Assembly (NCBI GenBank): GCA_903928445.1 | Contig: CAIYRB010000060.1 | Coordinates: 16,875-80,874 of the forward strand | Source: an uncultured Pseudomonadota bacterium | GTDB taxonomy: Bacteria; Bdellovibrionota_B; Oligoflexia; Oligoflexales; CAIYRB01 | Length of the DNA: 64,000 nt | Direction of reading: 5' to 3' | Shown here: positions 19,694 through 29,655 of the stretch, piece by piece | Position numbering within the stretch: position 1 is the stretch's first letter | Layout: each line of letters opens with the position of its first letter | Program-made: the position numbers and the translations under genes | Notes under the pieces: generated by a model | What the model was told of the DNA's origin: nothing | Databases searched by the model: none | The model's input: only the letters and a program-made list of their open reading frames with translations

Positions 19694-20668
19694 TCACGAG
19701 CCAAGCACCAAGACCGGACCGACCGCAGTGGCACAGGTTAGACGAACACGGTAGCCTGCCTGCGGCTGATCGATGCTATTGCTGTTGGCAGCACAGGCGC
19801 TAAAGCTGTCGGCCGCGTTTGGCGCACACTCATAAATGCGCTGGCTGCCATAAGGGCAGTCGTCTTGTTTGATCAAATCGACGATATGCCGGTGGTGGGC
19901 ATCGCTGATGTCGCGCAGCATCAACGGCTGATAACCGTCTGGAACACCATACCAGAACAGACTAAGCGGCGGGCCGACCCGATCTGGACAGCTCGCTTGC
20001 ACCGTCAGAAACTGCAGACCGAGCGCCAGCTGCTCTTTGGCGATGGAAAATGAGGTGCCGCCGGCGTCGCAGCTTACCCAAAACCAGCCAGTGCGGCTAT
20101 CGACCTTGCATTTGACCTGGGGTTGGTCGCAGCTCGGCTTGCCTATCATTTTGAAGCGCACGGTGAAATCTTTGCCCAGGGACCAATTGCCGCCATTGCT
20201 GAAGTTCGGGTCATCCAGTGCCAAGGCCAGCGAATTTGGCCCTGAGGTAGAGATCAGCGCTCCCGTCACACCAGGTGCCACGGTGAATACCGGCGACTCC
20301 CCCACGGCAGTCACGGCGTTGCCGGTCAGTGCAGTGACTGAAATCTTATGGTCGCCAGCGCTTGGCTTAGCGTACAGCCCGCCATCGCTACATGGAATCA
20401 ACGGCAGCTGGTCCAAACTGCATTCCAGCGTCGAGCCATCCGGGATGCCGCTGACATGAAGCAGTAAGCCGTCCTCGCGCAGATCGGCGTTGATGCTCAA
20501 GATACCGAGGGAGGAGCTTTGCGCCTCCAGCTGCCTGCCATTATCAAGGATAGCGGCCTGGCGCTGATCCTTCTTGACCTTTGTGCAAGCGCTGGCCAGC
20601 AAGGCGCCAGGTGCGATAAACCAGATCCATAGGGTCGACTTGATCAAGCTGTCACACCAGCAATGCAC
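19694..20668 (-). CDS. Hypothetical Cys-rich lipoprotein
   Basis: Lipobox LLASAC. Track start is a GTG at 20668; a TTG at 20647 would give a cleaner signal peptide (M)IKSTLWIWFIAPGALLASAC. At least 10 Cys in the mature part, suggesting disulfide-rich periplasmic or surface localisation. Confidence 0.5.
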   Translation of the reverse strand: MHCWCDSLIKSTLWIWFIAPGALLASACTKVKKDQRQAAILDNGRQLEAQSSSLGILSINADLREDGLLLHVSGIPDGSTLECSLDQLPLIPCSDGGLYAKPSAGDHKISVTALTGNAVTAVGESPVFTVAPGVTGALISTSGPNSLALALDDPNFSNGGNWSLGKDFTVRFKMIGKPSCDQPQVKCKVDSRTGWFWVSCDAGGTSFSIAKEQLALGLQFLTVQASCPDRVGPPLSLFWYGVPDGYQPLMLRDISDAHHRHIVDLIKQDDCPYGSQRIYECAPNAADSFSACAANSNSIDQPQAGYRVRLTCATAVGPVLVLGS

Positions 20669-20693
20669 ATCTGCTCCTCATAAGCCCAAAGGC

Positions 20694-22235
20694 CTATTTT
20701 TTCGCTCCTTGGCGAGGCGACTCACTAGCCAAAGCTGCTGCCGGAGCGCGGGGCGGCACTTTGATGACGTAGCCAGCGGGTAGCATCCTTACTGATCTTA
20801 GCATCGAAGAAGCAATATCGGGATTAAGTTCTGCAATTTGCGTCGTCGAGGTGGCGTAGGTGCGGAGGACTTCGCGCATCGAGGTCGACTTGGTCAGGCG
20901 AACCGGCGTAAACACCAAGGCCTGGACGGTTGGTACCTCGGGAAAGATCCGGTTCGAATCCTTGAGCGTTGCCAGGACGCCGAGAAAGCTGGCGTAGAAG
21001 TTCTTCGAGGCGAAGCCAAACTGGTTACCGCGGTAACGATTGATTAAATCAACAATATCGCGTGAGTGAACGGCCTGGGTGGCGCGACGGATACCGCCGA
21101 CCCCGTGGTTATAAGCAGTGATCGCCAAAGGCCAGCTTCCGGTCAGTGAGTAGTTCAGGCGCAGCAGCTTAGCTGCGGCGCGACTCGCTTTGATCGGATC
21201 GTTGCGCTCATCGATGCCGTCAAACATCTTCAGGTACTGCTTACCCGTAGCTGGCATGATTTGATAAACGCCCGAGGCACCGACCTTTGATTGTGCCTTG
21301 AGGTTAAAGGACGACTCGACAAAGGCCAGGCGAGTGACTTCCACTGGAATGTCTTGAGCGGCAAACTCCTTCTCGATCGCTGGCAGATATTTTGGCGCAG
21401 TCAGTAAACCACCAGCGATAAAGTCGCGTTGTCCGCGCTGCAGGCGCAACGTCTGATAAGCGACTAGGTATTTACCCGGGTCTTTGATATGAGCCATCGA
21501 CGCTGCCACGCGCTTCATGGCTGGGGTGAATCGCTCTTCGTGGGCCCGGCTATTGTGCATTGCTAGAAGCAGCTTGCGATATAACTCGCGCTCACTCTTC
21601 GCCACCTTCTTGATCTGCTTCTCACGCGCTACTGGGCCTAGGTCGCTGCCAAGACGTGAACCGTCAAAAGCCTCAAGCACGACCTCGGGATACTCGGCTA
21701 CATGCATCACATACTGTTCCTTGCCCCAGAGAGAATAAATACGGCGCCAAAAGTTGTAGCGACGCGCAATCGACGCCGGGACCTTGAAGGCCTCGCTGAT
21801 TTCGACCGCTTCACCGTCATGGACATAGGCGTTTTCTGAGCAGTGGAGGTAAAGCACGCTGATCTTGCCTTCGTCACGAATGTGAATCGGCAAGCATTCG
21901 TCGGCATGATCGACGGTATGGGTCTGACCGAGATAATCGGTGGTGTCCTGTTCAACCTGTGCGGAAGGCGCGATCAGCGGTCCAGTGGACACTTTGGCCC
22001 GATGCAGCTTACTGCGAGCGAAGAGTAGCGAAGAATCTACACTTGGCGCCACCCGTACCACCGCGACTAGCAGGCTCGTCGCCAGAGCCAGAAGGGCAAA
22101 TCCAAAGTAAGCGTTGTTGCGTGATGCATTAGACAAAATCGGCGACTTCAAGGGGACCTCTTGTACGGCAGCAGGAGTGTGGAAGGACAGAGAGCAAAGG
22201 CAGCGGGGAGAGAAGAAGGTACCCAGATAAGGCAA
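20694..22235 (-). CDS. Membrane-bound lytic murein transglycosylase (SLT domain, MltD-like) with a C-terminal LysM-like region
   Basis: ESSFNLKAQSKVGASGVYQIMPATG and AYNHGVGG SLT catalytic motifs, with an N-terminal TM anchor. The start is uncertain; the track start is a TTG. Confidence 0.8.
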   Translation of the reverse strand: MPYLGTFFSPRCLCSLSFHTPAAVQEVPLKSPILSNASRNNAYFGFALLALATSLLVAVVRVAPSVDSSLLFARSKLHRAKVSTGPLIAPSAQVEQDTTDYLGQTHTVDHADECLPIHIRDEGKISVLYLHCSENAYVHDGEAVEISEAFKVPASIARRYNFWRRIYSLWGKEQYVMHVAEYPEVVLEAFDGSRLGSDLGPVAREKQIKKVAKSERELYRKLLLAMHNSRAHEERFTPAMKRVAASMAHIKDPGKYLVAYQTLRLQRGQRDFIAGGLLTAPKYLPAIEKEFAAQDIPVEVTRLAFVESSFNLKAQSKVGASGVYQIMPATGKQYLKMFDGIDERNDPIKASRAAAKLLRLNYSLTGSWPLAITAYNHGVGGIRRATQAVHSRDIVDLINRYRGNQFGFASKNFYASFLGVLATLKDSNRIFPEVPTVQALVFTPVRLTKSTSMREVLRTYATSTTQIAELNPDIASSMLRSVRMLPAGYVIKVPPRAPAAALASESPRQGAKK

Positions 22236-22632
22236 CCCACCTTAGCTGGGCCTTGGGAGGGCTCAGCATCGGCAGGAAGCATAGAGCAAGTTCTGTTCCA
22301 TCGCGGTGCCACGGGTAAGTCGCTGAATAGATTCAGTCACCAAGGTTCTTACACTGTGCGCCGCACTGACGAAAAAGGCACAAGTGCATCATTCCTAGAC
22401 GATTCACCGGTCTTGCCGAGATGACTCGCTACCAGCCAGCGCCACGGCCTGGGCATGCGTCAAAGTCCGCGTCAAGACTTTGATCCCGGCCCAAGATGCG
22501 AGGATTGCGGTAAAAACGGCGGCCTTTTTCGCCGCGGCGCGAACGTGTCAAAAAGCTGACAACCTTTCGTCAAAGCCAATGATTTCTTAGAATAAATCAT
22601 GCACTCAATGCTCGGGGCGGAGACGATAGACC

Positions 22633-23634
22633 ATGGCAACTAATAAGTACACCGGCGCCCAAAAGGCCGCGATCCTGCTGCTCTCCTTTGGCGAGGACGT
22701 GTCTGCCGAGATCTTTAAGAACATGACCGAGTTTGAAATCAAGCGCATCGGCTCGGCCATGAGCCGGCTCGGCCGCCTTGAACAAGAGATCGTCGACGAG
22801 GTCATGCTTGAGTTTTACGAGATCCTTCAGCAAAACAAAAAGTTTTTTTATGGTGGCAACGAATTCACCATGAAGGTCATCGGCAGCGCCTTTAAGGGCG
22901 GAGATGCCGACGAGCTGATCGATCAGTTGGCCCTTGGCTCCGCAGCAAACCTAGACTCGCTCGAGCTCATCGACCCACGCACCCTATCGACGTTTATTCG
23001 CAACGAACATCCCCAGACCATCGCGCTAATTTTGGCCCATTTAGACCCAAAGAAGTGCGGCGAAACGCTGAAACTCCTACCAGAAAGCCTACATACGGAA
23101 ATACTGCTTAGAATCGCCAACCTCGACGCCGTCGCCCCGGAGATCATCGACGAAATCGATGATGTCTTGCGCAATGAGATCCAAGCCATGGGCTCGATCC
23201 ATACGCAAAAGATCGGCGGGGTCGAACCTTTGGCCGAAATGCTCAACCTGATCGACAAGGCTACCGAAGAGCAGATTCTCGACAACCTAGAAGAGCGCGA
23301 CCCGGATCTGGCCGAACAGATCAGACAGCTCATGTTCACCTTCGATGATCTGATTAAAATCGACGACCGCGGCATCCAGGAACTGGTCAAAGGCGTTTCC
23401 AACGACAAATGGAAGATTGCGCTCAAGACCTCATCGGAAGCGGTACGCGAACTTATCTTTAAAAATATGTCGGAACGCGCCGCAAAGATGCTTAAAGAAG
23501 ATATGGAAGCGATGTCAGCCGTCAAGCTGTCGGATGTCGAGACGATCCAATTCGAGGTCGTGCAGATCGCCCGGAAGCTCGAGGCCGAGGGCAAGATCAT
23601 CATCGCCAGCGGTGGCGACACCTCGTACGTTTAG
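22633..23634 (+). CDS. fliG: Flagellar motor switch protein FliG (full length; N-terminal, middle and C-terminal domains)
   Basis: KAAILLLSFGEDVSAEIFKNMTEFEI..., TLSTFIRNEHPQTIALILAHL and MFTFDDLIKIDDRGIQELV motifs. GGAGACGA RBS. It is not adjacent to fliF or fliH. Confidence 0.9.
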   Translation: MATNKYTGAQKAAILLLSFGEDVSAEIFKNMTEFEIKRIGSAMSRLGRLEQEIVDEVMLEFYEILQQNKKFFYGGNEFTMKVIGSAFKGGDADELIDQLALGSAANLDSLELIDPRTLSTFIRNEHPQTIALILAHLDPKKCGETLKLLPESLHTEILLRIANLDAVAPEIIDEIDDVLRNEIQAMGSIHTQKIGGVEPLAEMLNLIDKATEEQILDNLEERDPDLAEQIRQLMFTFDDLIKIDDRGIQELVKGVSNDKWKIALKTSSEAVRELIFKNMSERAAKMLKEDMEAMSAVKLSDVETIQFEVVQIARKLEAEGKIIIASGGDTSYV

Positions 23635-23636
23635 AG

Positions 23637-24065
23637 CTAAAAATCCTTGCCTAGTCCTAACCCGAGCAGCAGAATCGTTAAAACCACTGCCGAAACGACG
23701 GTATAGATCAGGTCTTTTTGCACGGCAAAGACGACCATGGTCATGGCGACCCGGGCCACGGGCAAAGCGATCAACAGTGCTAGTCCCAAGTCCATGACGA
23801 CGTCTGGACCGGCGAGACAGGTCCAAAGCGGCGAATGGGCAAAGCATTGGAGTGGCGGCAAGGCTGGCACAAGATGCCCGCTGATGATCTGTTGAATAAA
23901 AGATCCTAGATGCGACACCCCCTGGGTGCCGGCGGCCAAACTCATACAGATGCCCACTGCGATCACCAGCGTGCAGAGGATCACGCCGTAGCGCAGCAGA
24001 TTAGCGGTCAATAACTCCACACGACTGGGCGACGGCAGGCCAGGACGGTCGGTCTCAGATACCAC
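23637..24065 (-). CDS. DUF1634-like small membrane protein (the usual partner of TauE/SafE exporters)
   Basis: ~140 aa, three TM segments, immediately downstream of the TauE gene in the same orientation. Family assignment is an inference. Confidence 0.55.
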   Translation of the reverse strand: MVSETDRPGLPSPSRVELLTANLLRYGVILCTLVIAVGICMSLAAGTQGVSHLGSFIQQIISGHLVPALPPLQCFAHSPLWTCLAGPDVVMDLGLALLIALPVARVAMTMVVFAVQKDLIYTVVSAVVLTILLLGLGLGKDF

Positions 24066-24078
24066 GTGTTTCCCCTAA

Positions 24079-24957
24079 CTAACCGAGTTTTAGGTTTAAA
24101 CCGCGCAACAGCATCTGCGCCGCCACGACGATGATGACGACCACAAAGTACTTACGGATCCGTGCACTGGACATGCGCATCATCAACCACGAGCCAAGCC
24201 AAGCACCGAGCACGACCCCGACGGCCACTGGTGCGGCAAGCGAAGGCAAAATCCAACCGCGCATAAAATAGGCGCCGGCACTCGCTGCCGCTGTCACGCC
24301 CATCATAAAGTTGGAGGTCGCACTGGACACCTTGATCGGCAGCTTCATCGCCTGATCCATTGCCGGCACCTTAAGCACGCCGCTGCCAATACCAAGCAGC
24401 GCCGATATCAAGCCAGCTCCAAGCATCAAGGCGAGGCCTAGCGGGACATGATAAACCTGGTAAGCGACCTCCCTTTGCAACAGGGCATCGGGATAAGACG
24501 CATTCAGGCGCAACCGCGTCGCCAATGGGTCTGGCGCACGAACTTCATGGCCCAGATCCTGTGGCTTACGGCCTCGCACCATGGCGACACCAGAATACAA
24601 AAGGATCACGGCGAACAACAAAAACAGCTGATCCGTACTGATCATGGTCGTCAGCATCGCCCCGGCAAAGGCGCCGATCGTGGTCCCTACCTCAAGCAGC
24701 ATCGCGACCCGGATATTGGTGATGCGGTCTTTGACATAGGTCGCGGCGGCGCCCGATGAGGTGGCGATTACCGAGACGATGCTGGCACCAACGGCATAGC
24801 GAATATTGATGCCAAAGAGCAGGGTCAACGCCGGGATGATGACGATACCGCCACCTAGGCCCAAGATCGCCCCGATGCCCCCGGCAACGGCACCGACGAC
24901 GAGCAGCAGTAATTCAAACACCGCCGGATTGGCGATCACGCTATGCAATGAATCCAA
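24079..24957 (-). CDS. TauE/SafE (DUF81) family sulfite/anion exporter
   Basis: Two repeated 4-TM halves, each with a G-rich GxGGG motif (LGLGGGIVIIPAL and LGIGSGVLKVPAM). Confidence 0.85.
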   Translation of the reverse strand: MDSLHSVIANPAVFELLLLVVGAVAGGIGAILGLGGGIVIIPALTLLFGINIRYAVGASIVSVIATSSGAAATYVKDRITNIRVAMLLEVGTTIGAFAGAMLTTMISTDQLFLLFAVILLYSGVAMVRGRKPQDLGHEVRAPDPLATRLRLNASYPDALLQREVAYQVYHVPLGLALMLGAGLISALLGIGSGVLKVPAMDQAMKLPIKVSSATSNFMMGVTAAASAGAYFMRGWILPSLAAPVAVGVVLGAWLGSWLMMRMSSARIRKYFVVVIIVVAAQMLLRGLNLKLG

Positions 24958-25115
24958 GTCCTGAAAGTCCTCGAAAGGGCCGCCACAAGGCTGGCGAACA
25001 AAAGTCGTGAGACCTACAGGTACCAGGTGTCGACGGAGTCCGGCAACCGTCGATCGTCACAACTGCGACCGAGGCTGACCGCTAGGGTGCCGTTTGCCGC
25101 CTATTCACCTGGTCT

Positions 25116-25772
25116 CTAGCGCTTTCTCACCAGAAAAATACCGTCGGCAATAGGAAGAAGATTGCTATCGACCCTTTGATCCAGGCGAATCCTTTCGTTG
25201 AGCCGACGAATTGCCAGGGTCGATTCGCTCACATCAGATGGATCGACGACGTGACCGCTCCACAGCACATTATCAACGAGTAGGGCGCCGTTTGGGCGCA
25301 GCAATGCGATGCTTTTCTCATAGTAGACTTCGTAGTTTTCTTTATCGGCATCGATGAAAATGAGGTCAAAACTTCCGGTGCCGTACTGTTGCTCCAAATC
25401 GCCTAAGGTGTCGATTGCCGGGCCCAGAACAATTCTGGCTTTTTGACCGAGACCCGCCAAGCGTTGGTAGCGCCTCGCGACCTCAGTTGTTTCTTCGTCC
25501 ACATCGCAAGAGATGATCTGACCATCCTCAGGAAGGGCCAAGCCGAGGCAGATCGAACTATATCCCGTGAAACATCCGATCTCGAGGATGCGCTTTGCAC
25601 CGATCAACCTTGCGAGAGTATGCATGAAGACGCCTTGTTCAGGGCTTATCTGCATGCCAGCATCCGTCCTTCGACTGGTCTCGGCTTGCAGCTCGGGGAG
25701 GACCTGATGGAGCAATATCTGGTGCTGCGAAACATAGTTATAAAGGTCAGGAGTCATGCTGATGAGTTTCAT
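25116..25772 (-). CDS. Class I SAM-dependent O-methyltransferase (caffeoyl-CoA OMT-like, Methyltransf_3)
   Basis: ILEIGCFTGYSS SAM motif I and DLIFIDADKENY motif with metal-binding Asp residues. Confidence 0.85.
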   Translation of the reverse strand: MKLISMTPDLYNYVSQHQILLHQVLPELQAETSRRTDAGMQISPEQGVFMHTLARLIGAKRILEIGCFTGYSSICLGLALPEDGQIISCDVDEETTEVARRYQRLAGLGQKARIVLGPAIDTLGDLEQQYGTGSFDLIFIDADKENYEVYYEKSIALLRPNGALLVDNVLWSGHVVDPSDVSESTLAIRRLNERIRLDQRVDSNLLPIADGIFLVRKR

Positions 25773-25871
25773 CGTTGGTACCTAAATTATGGTTAGTTCG
25801 TGAAAAATAAAGGAGGTCAGCGCACCTAGCGATGTGCGTTAAAGGGTTCAAAAACCTCCCGGCAACCAGCT

Positions 25872-26651
25872 CTAAAACCGATCCTTCAGCTGCCGCAGTG
25901 CCGCAAAAGCCACCGTAGCCGAGCTGGACGATGGTAGTTTGAGGTGTCGCAACACCTCGCCAGCTAACGGGCGCAAGAACGGATTAGTGGCCAGCTCTAG
26001 TCCTACCGAGGATGGGACTGTCGGCTGTGGCACCGGCCCAGCGCGCAGCTCAGCCACCGCCTTGGCACGCTGCTGCAAAGCCTGATTGTCTGGATCAACC
26101 GTCAGCGCAAAGGCCGCGTTTGCCGCCGTGTATTCGTGGCCGCAACAGACCAGGGTGGCGGGAGGTAATGCCGCGAGTCGACTCAGCGAGGTCCACATCT
26201 GCTCTGGACTACCTTCGAATAAGCGCCCACAACCAAGGGAAAACAGCGTATCGCCGCAAAACACCGCCGCTGGTTCGGTAAACACAAAGGCAATATGCCC
26301 AAGGGTGTGTCCTGGAATGGCGATGACCTTGGCGGTGAAGCGTCCAACCCTGTACGTGTCGCCCTCAACCAATCCGCGGTCCAGTCCAACGATGCGGTGA
26401 CGATCGGCCTCGGCGCCGATGATGTGGCAGCCAAACGCTTCCTTGAGGCCGAGGTTACCGCCGGTGTGATCCGGATGGTGGTGGGTGTTGAGCACGGCAT
26501 CAAGGCGCAGATGGCGTTGGCGCAAGTAGGCCACAACCGGCGCAGCCTCGGATGGATCGACGACGACGGTGACGTCTTGATCGACGTCGCGGATCAGCCA
26601 CGCGTAGTTATCGGAAAGCAAGGGAATTGGCGTAATTTCTAAAGCTGTCAT
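25872..26651 (-). CDS. gloB: Hydroxyacylglutathione hydrolase (glyoxalase II)
   Basis: THHHPDHTGG metallo-beta-lactamase motif, conserved GH..GH residues and a C-terminal HAGH substrate-binding domain. Confidence 0.88.
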   Translation of the reverse strand: MTALEITPIPLLSDNYAWLIRDVDQDVTVVVDPSEAAPVVAYLRQRHLRLDAVLNTHHHPDHTGGNLGLKEAFGCHIIGAEADRHRIVGLDRGLVEGDTYRVGRFTAKVIAIPGHTLGHIAFVFTEPAAVFCGDTLFSLGCGRLFEGSPEQMWTSLSRLAALPPATLVCCGHEYTAANAAFALTVDPDNQALQQRAKAVAELRAGPVPQPTVPSSVGLELATNPFLRPLAGEVLRHLKLPSSSSATVAFAALRQLKDRF

Positions 26652-26829
26652 GGCGTTCTTGGCCTCGGTTGGTGCTTCTTAACAGGGCCTTTAATCATCG
26701 CCCACCCCCTGGCAACGAGAATGGGAATGGGAAAAATCCAGGGAGCCTCTAGGGCAGTGAAACACCGCCGTATTAGCATCTCTGGATTTCGAGCAAGGCG
26801 ACGTTAAAATCGTGGCCTGCAGGAGATCA

Positions 26830-26906
26830 TGGTGGGGATACACAGATTCGAACTGTGGACCCCGCCCGTGTGAAGGGCGTACTCTAACCAACTGAGCTAT
26901 ATCCCC
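26830..26906 (-). tRNA. tRNA-Val (anticodon CAC), 77 nt including encoded CCA
   Basis: Manual reverse complement gives GGGGATATAGCTCAGTTGGTTAGAGTACGCCCTTCACACGGGCGGGGTCCACAGTTCGAATCTGTGTATCCCCACCA. The cloverleaf folds with anticodon loop TTCACAC. Confidence 0.85.
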
Positions 26907-27078
26907 ATGGCACCCTTAGGAGGAGGCATCCTAGCCGCCCCACTACTTTTGTCACCAATAAAATCAAATCCCCTAAAGATTTCCCTCGAATCGTGTAGAA
27001 TGGGGCCGTAAGGGCCGATCTCCAAAGGGCTTTTAATTTTGGCGACGGGCGGCGCCGTGGTCATCAGCAGTCATTTTA

Positions 27079-29655
27079 TTGGTTATGGTTAGAAATATTT
27101 TAACGCTCAATCCTCGAATGCTCCGCACCGCTGGGATGGCCGCTTTAGGGCTGTTGTTTAGCGCGGTGCTGTGGCTGCTCTATCGTGAGTTAAAGCACGT
27201 CGATGTGCATCAGGTGATGGATCACGCTCGGGCGCTGTCACCCTGGCAACTTGCAGCGGCGATGGCGCTGACGACCTTGAGTTATCTGACGCTGACCGCC
27301 TTCGATTACTTCGGACTAAAGTATGCGGACAGACCGCTGCCTTTTCGCCAGACGGCGTTCGCTTCATTTATATCTTACGTGTTTAGTCATAATATTGGTT
27401 TATCCATCTTTGGTAGTCTGGCATTTCGCTACCGGATCTACTCGACCTTTGAGTTATCGGCCATCGACGTCACTAAAGTGGCAGTGTTCTGCGGTGTCAC
27501 CTTCTGGCTCGGACTGCTGACAGTTGGAGGAGTCACGTGGGTCGGTTGGCCGCCACCCGATATGGCGTTTTTTCCGATTGAACCCTGGGTATACCAGGCC
27601 GCGGGCGCGGTGTTTTTAATGGCGGGGGCAATGTACTTGCTCCTTTGCGCGCGAGGTGGCCAGCGTCTTAAGTTGATGCGCTGGGAGTTTCCCTTACCGC
27701 CACTGCGCCTCGCTCTCAGTCAATGCGCCATCGCCGCGCTAGATTGGCTCTTGGCAAGCACGACGCTTTACGTGTTGATGCCGGACCATTTACCCATCAG
27801 CTGGATGACCTTTGTCAGCCTCTACGCCTTCTCGGCAGTCGCCGTGGCCGTCGCCCACGTGCCAGCCGGGCTCGGCGTGATCGAAACGATCATGCTCGCG
27901 GCATTTACGAGTCTGAAAGATCCCGGCGCCATCCTTGGTTCGCTGCTGGTCTACCGCGCGATCTACTACTTAGTCCCTTTGGTCGTCGCCGTCGTTTGGT
28001 TGAGTCTGTTTGAACTTGGCAAAGCCAGCGGACATATACGCAGCGTCACCTTAAACGCTAAGCGGTGGTTTGACGCCATTATTCCGCGGATTTTTTCGAT
28101 CCTCGTGTTTGGTGCCGGAATCATCCTGCTGCTATCAGGGGCCTTACCGGCGGTCGACGAGCGGCGGGTCTGGCTGGCGCAAAAGATGCCGCTGGCCTTT
28201 GTCGAAATCACCCACCTTCTCGCCAGCATCACCGGCGCTGCCCTGCTCGTCGTTGCGCGCGGCCTGCAAAAGCGCCTTGACGGTGCCTACGTCCTTACCT
28301 GTGCCTTGCTGGGGGCTGGGATCTTATTCTCCCTAGCCAAAGGCATCGACTACGAAGAGGCCTTGATCCTCGCCGTTGCTCTGCTGCTGCTGATGCCGTG
28401 CAGGCATTATTTTTATCGCAAGGCGTCGCTGCTTGATCAGCGCTTTTCGCCTGAGTGGACGGTGGCGATCACTACCTCACTCATGGCGATGATCTGGCTT
28501 GGGTGGTTCGCTAATAAGCACGTGGAATACCGCGATTCCCTGTGGTGGACGTTCACCTTCGCCGCAGACGCACCTCGGGCGCTGCGCGCAGAAGTGGCGG
28601 CGGTGGCCAGCACCCTGGTCCTCGTCGTCATGTATATGCTACGGCCCTCGCGCGAACCAACGGTGCTTAAGCCCTGCGGACCAGAAGCCTTGGCCATCAT
28701 CAAGCAATGCCCGCGGACCTATGCCAACCTCGCCTTGCTGCAAGACAAGTCGATTCTGATGAACGCGGAGCGCAGCGGCTTTATCATGTATGCCAATGAA
28801 GGACGCAGCTGGGTGGCCATGGGCGATCCGATCGGCCCAGAGCACACCCATCAGGACTTGATTTGGCGCTTTCGTGACCTCGTCGATCGTTACGACGGGT
28901 GGCCGGTGTTTTATCAAGTCGATGTCGATCACCTAAGACTCTATGTCGAAGCCGGTCTTTCGCTGCTCAAAATCGGTGAAGAGGCCATCGTCGACCTGCC
29001 ACGCTTTACGCTCAAAGGGAGTCCATTTAAGGCCTTTCGCAACGTCATGAATCGGCTGCAGCATGAGGGCTGGCAACTCGAAGTGTTACCAGCCTCAGCG
29101 GTAGACCCGCAGATCTTGGACCTTAAACGCATCTCCGATGAATGGTTAAGGCACAAGGGGGTCAAAGAAAAGCGCTTCTCACTTGGACACTTTGACCCCG
29201 ACTATTTGCGCTATTTTCCACTGGCCGTCATCAGAAGAGAGGGGCACATCGTTTGCTTCGCCAATCTCTGGGAAGCCGAAGACAAAGGCGAACTATCGTT
29301 TGACCTTATGCGCTTTAGCGCCGATGCCCCAGCAGGCGTCATGGATTTCCTGATGATCTCACTGATCTCCTGGGGCAGAGACGCTGGTTACCAGCGCTTC
29401 AACCTCGGCATGGCACCGTTTTCTGGTATGGAAAGTCGACCGCTCGCGCCGCTATGGAGTCGGCTCGGCGCCACGCTGTTCGAGCGTGGCGAGCGCCTTT
29501 ATCATTTTCAAGGGCTGCGAGACTACAAGGACAAATTCGCGCCCGAGTGGCGTTCGAAGTACATCGCCAGCCCTCCAGGTCGGAAGTTGCCATACATCCT
29601 CGCCAACATCGCCACCTTGATCAACACCGGATTCAAAGGAGCTATCACGCGGTGA
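27079..29655 (+). CDS. mprF: Bifunctional aminoacyl-phosphatidylglycerol synthase/flippase (MprF/LpiA family)
   Basis: N-terminal ~14-TM flippase domain plus a C-terminal DUF2156-type aa-PG synthase domain (...FDLMRFSADAPAGVMDFLMISLISWGRDAGYQRFNLGMAPFSG...). The ATG at 27085 is the likely start. Confidence 0.88.
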   Translation: MVMVRNILTLNPRMLRTAGMAALGLLFSAVLWLLYRELKHVDVHQVMDHARALSPWQLAAAMALTTLSYLTLTAFDYFGLKYADRPLPFRQTAFASFISYVFSHNIGLSIFGSLAFRYRIYSTFELSAIDVTKVAVFCGVTFWLGLLTVGGVTWVGWPPPDMAFFPIEPWVYQAAGAVFLMAGAMYLLLCARGGQRLKLMRWEFPLPPLRLALSQCAIAALDWLLASTTLYVLMPDHLPISWMTFVSLYAFSAVAVAVAHVPAGLGVIETIMLAAFTSLKDPGAILGSLLVYRAIYYLVPLVVAVVWLSLFELGKASGHIRSVTLNAKRWFDAIIPRIFSILVFGAGIILLLSGALPAVDERRVWLAQKMPLAFVEITHLLASITGAALLVVARGLQKRLDGAYVLTCALLGAGILFSLAKGIDYEEALILAVALLLLMPCRHYFYRKASLLDQRFSPEWTVAITTSLMAMIWLGWFANKHVEYRDSLWWTFTFAADAPRALRAEVAAVASTLVLVVMYMLRPSREPTVLKPCGPEALAIIKQCPRTYANLALLQDKSILMNAERSGFIMYANEGRSWVAMGDPIGPEHTHQDLIWRFRDLVDRYDGWPVFYQVDVDHLRLYVEAGLSLLKIGEEAIVDLPRFTLKGSPFKAFRNVMNRLQHEGWQLEVLPASAVDPQILDLKRISDEWLRHKGVKEKRFSLGHFDPDYLRYFPLAVIRREGHIVCFANLWEAEDKGELSFDLMRFSADAPAGVMDFLMISLISWGRDAGYQRFNLGMAPFSGMESRPLAPLWSRLGATLFERGERLYHFQGLRDYKDKFAPEWRSKYIASPPGRKLPYILANIATLINTGFKGAITR

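Noticed and set aside
22236-22632. Searched the fliG/transglycosylase divergent region for sigma-54 (TGGCAC-N5-TTGC) elements
   Set aside because: Partial matches only (GGCACAAGTGCA with wrong spacing; GTGCCACGGG lacking TTGC). No convincing -24/-12 promoter.
26691-26891. 66-aa ORF overlapping tRNA-Val(CAC)
   Set aside because: It lies on top of a well-folded tRNA gene and is an artefact of ORF calling.
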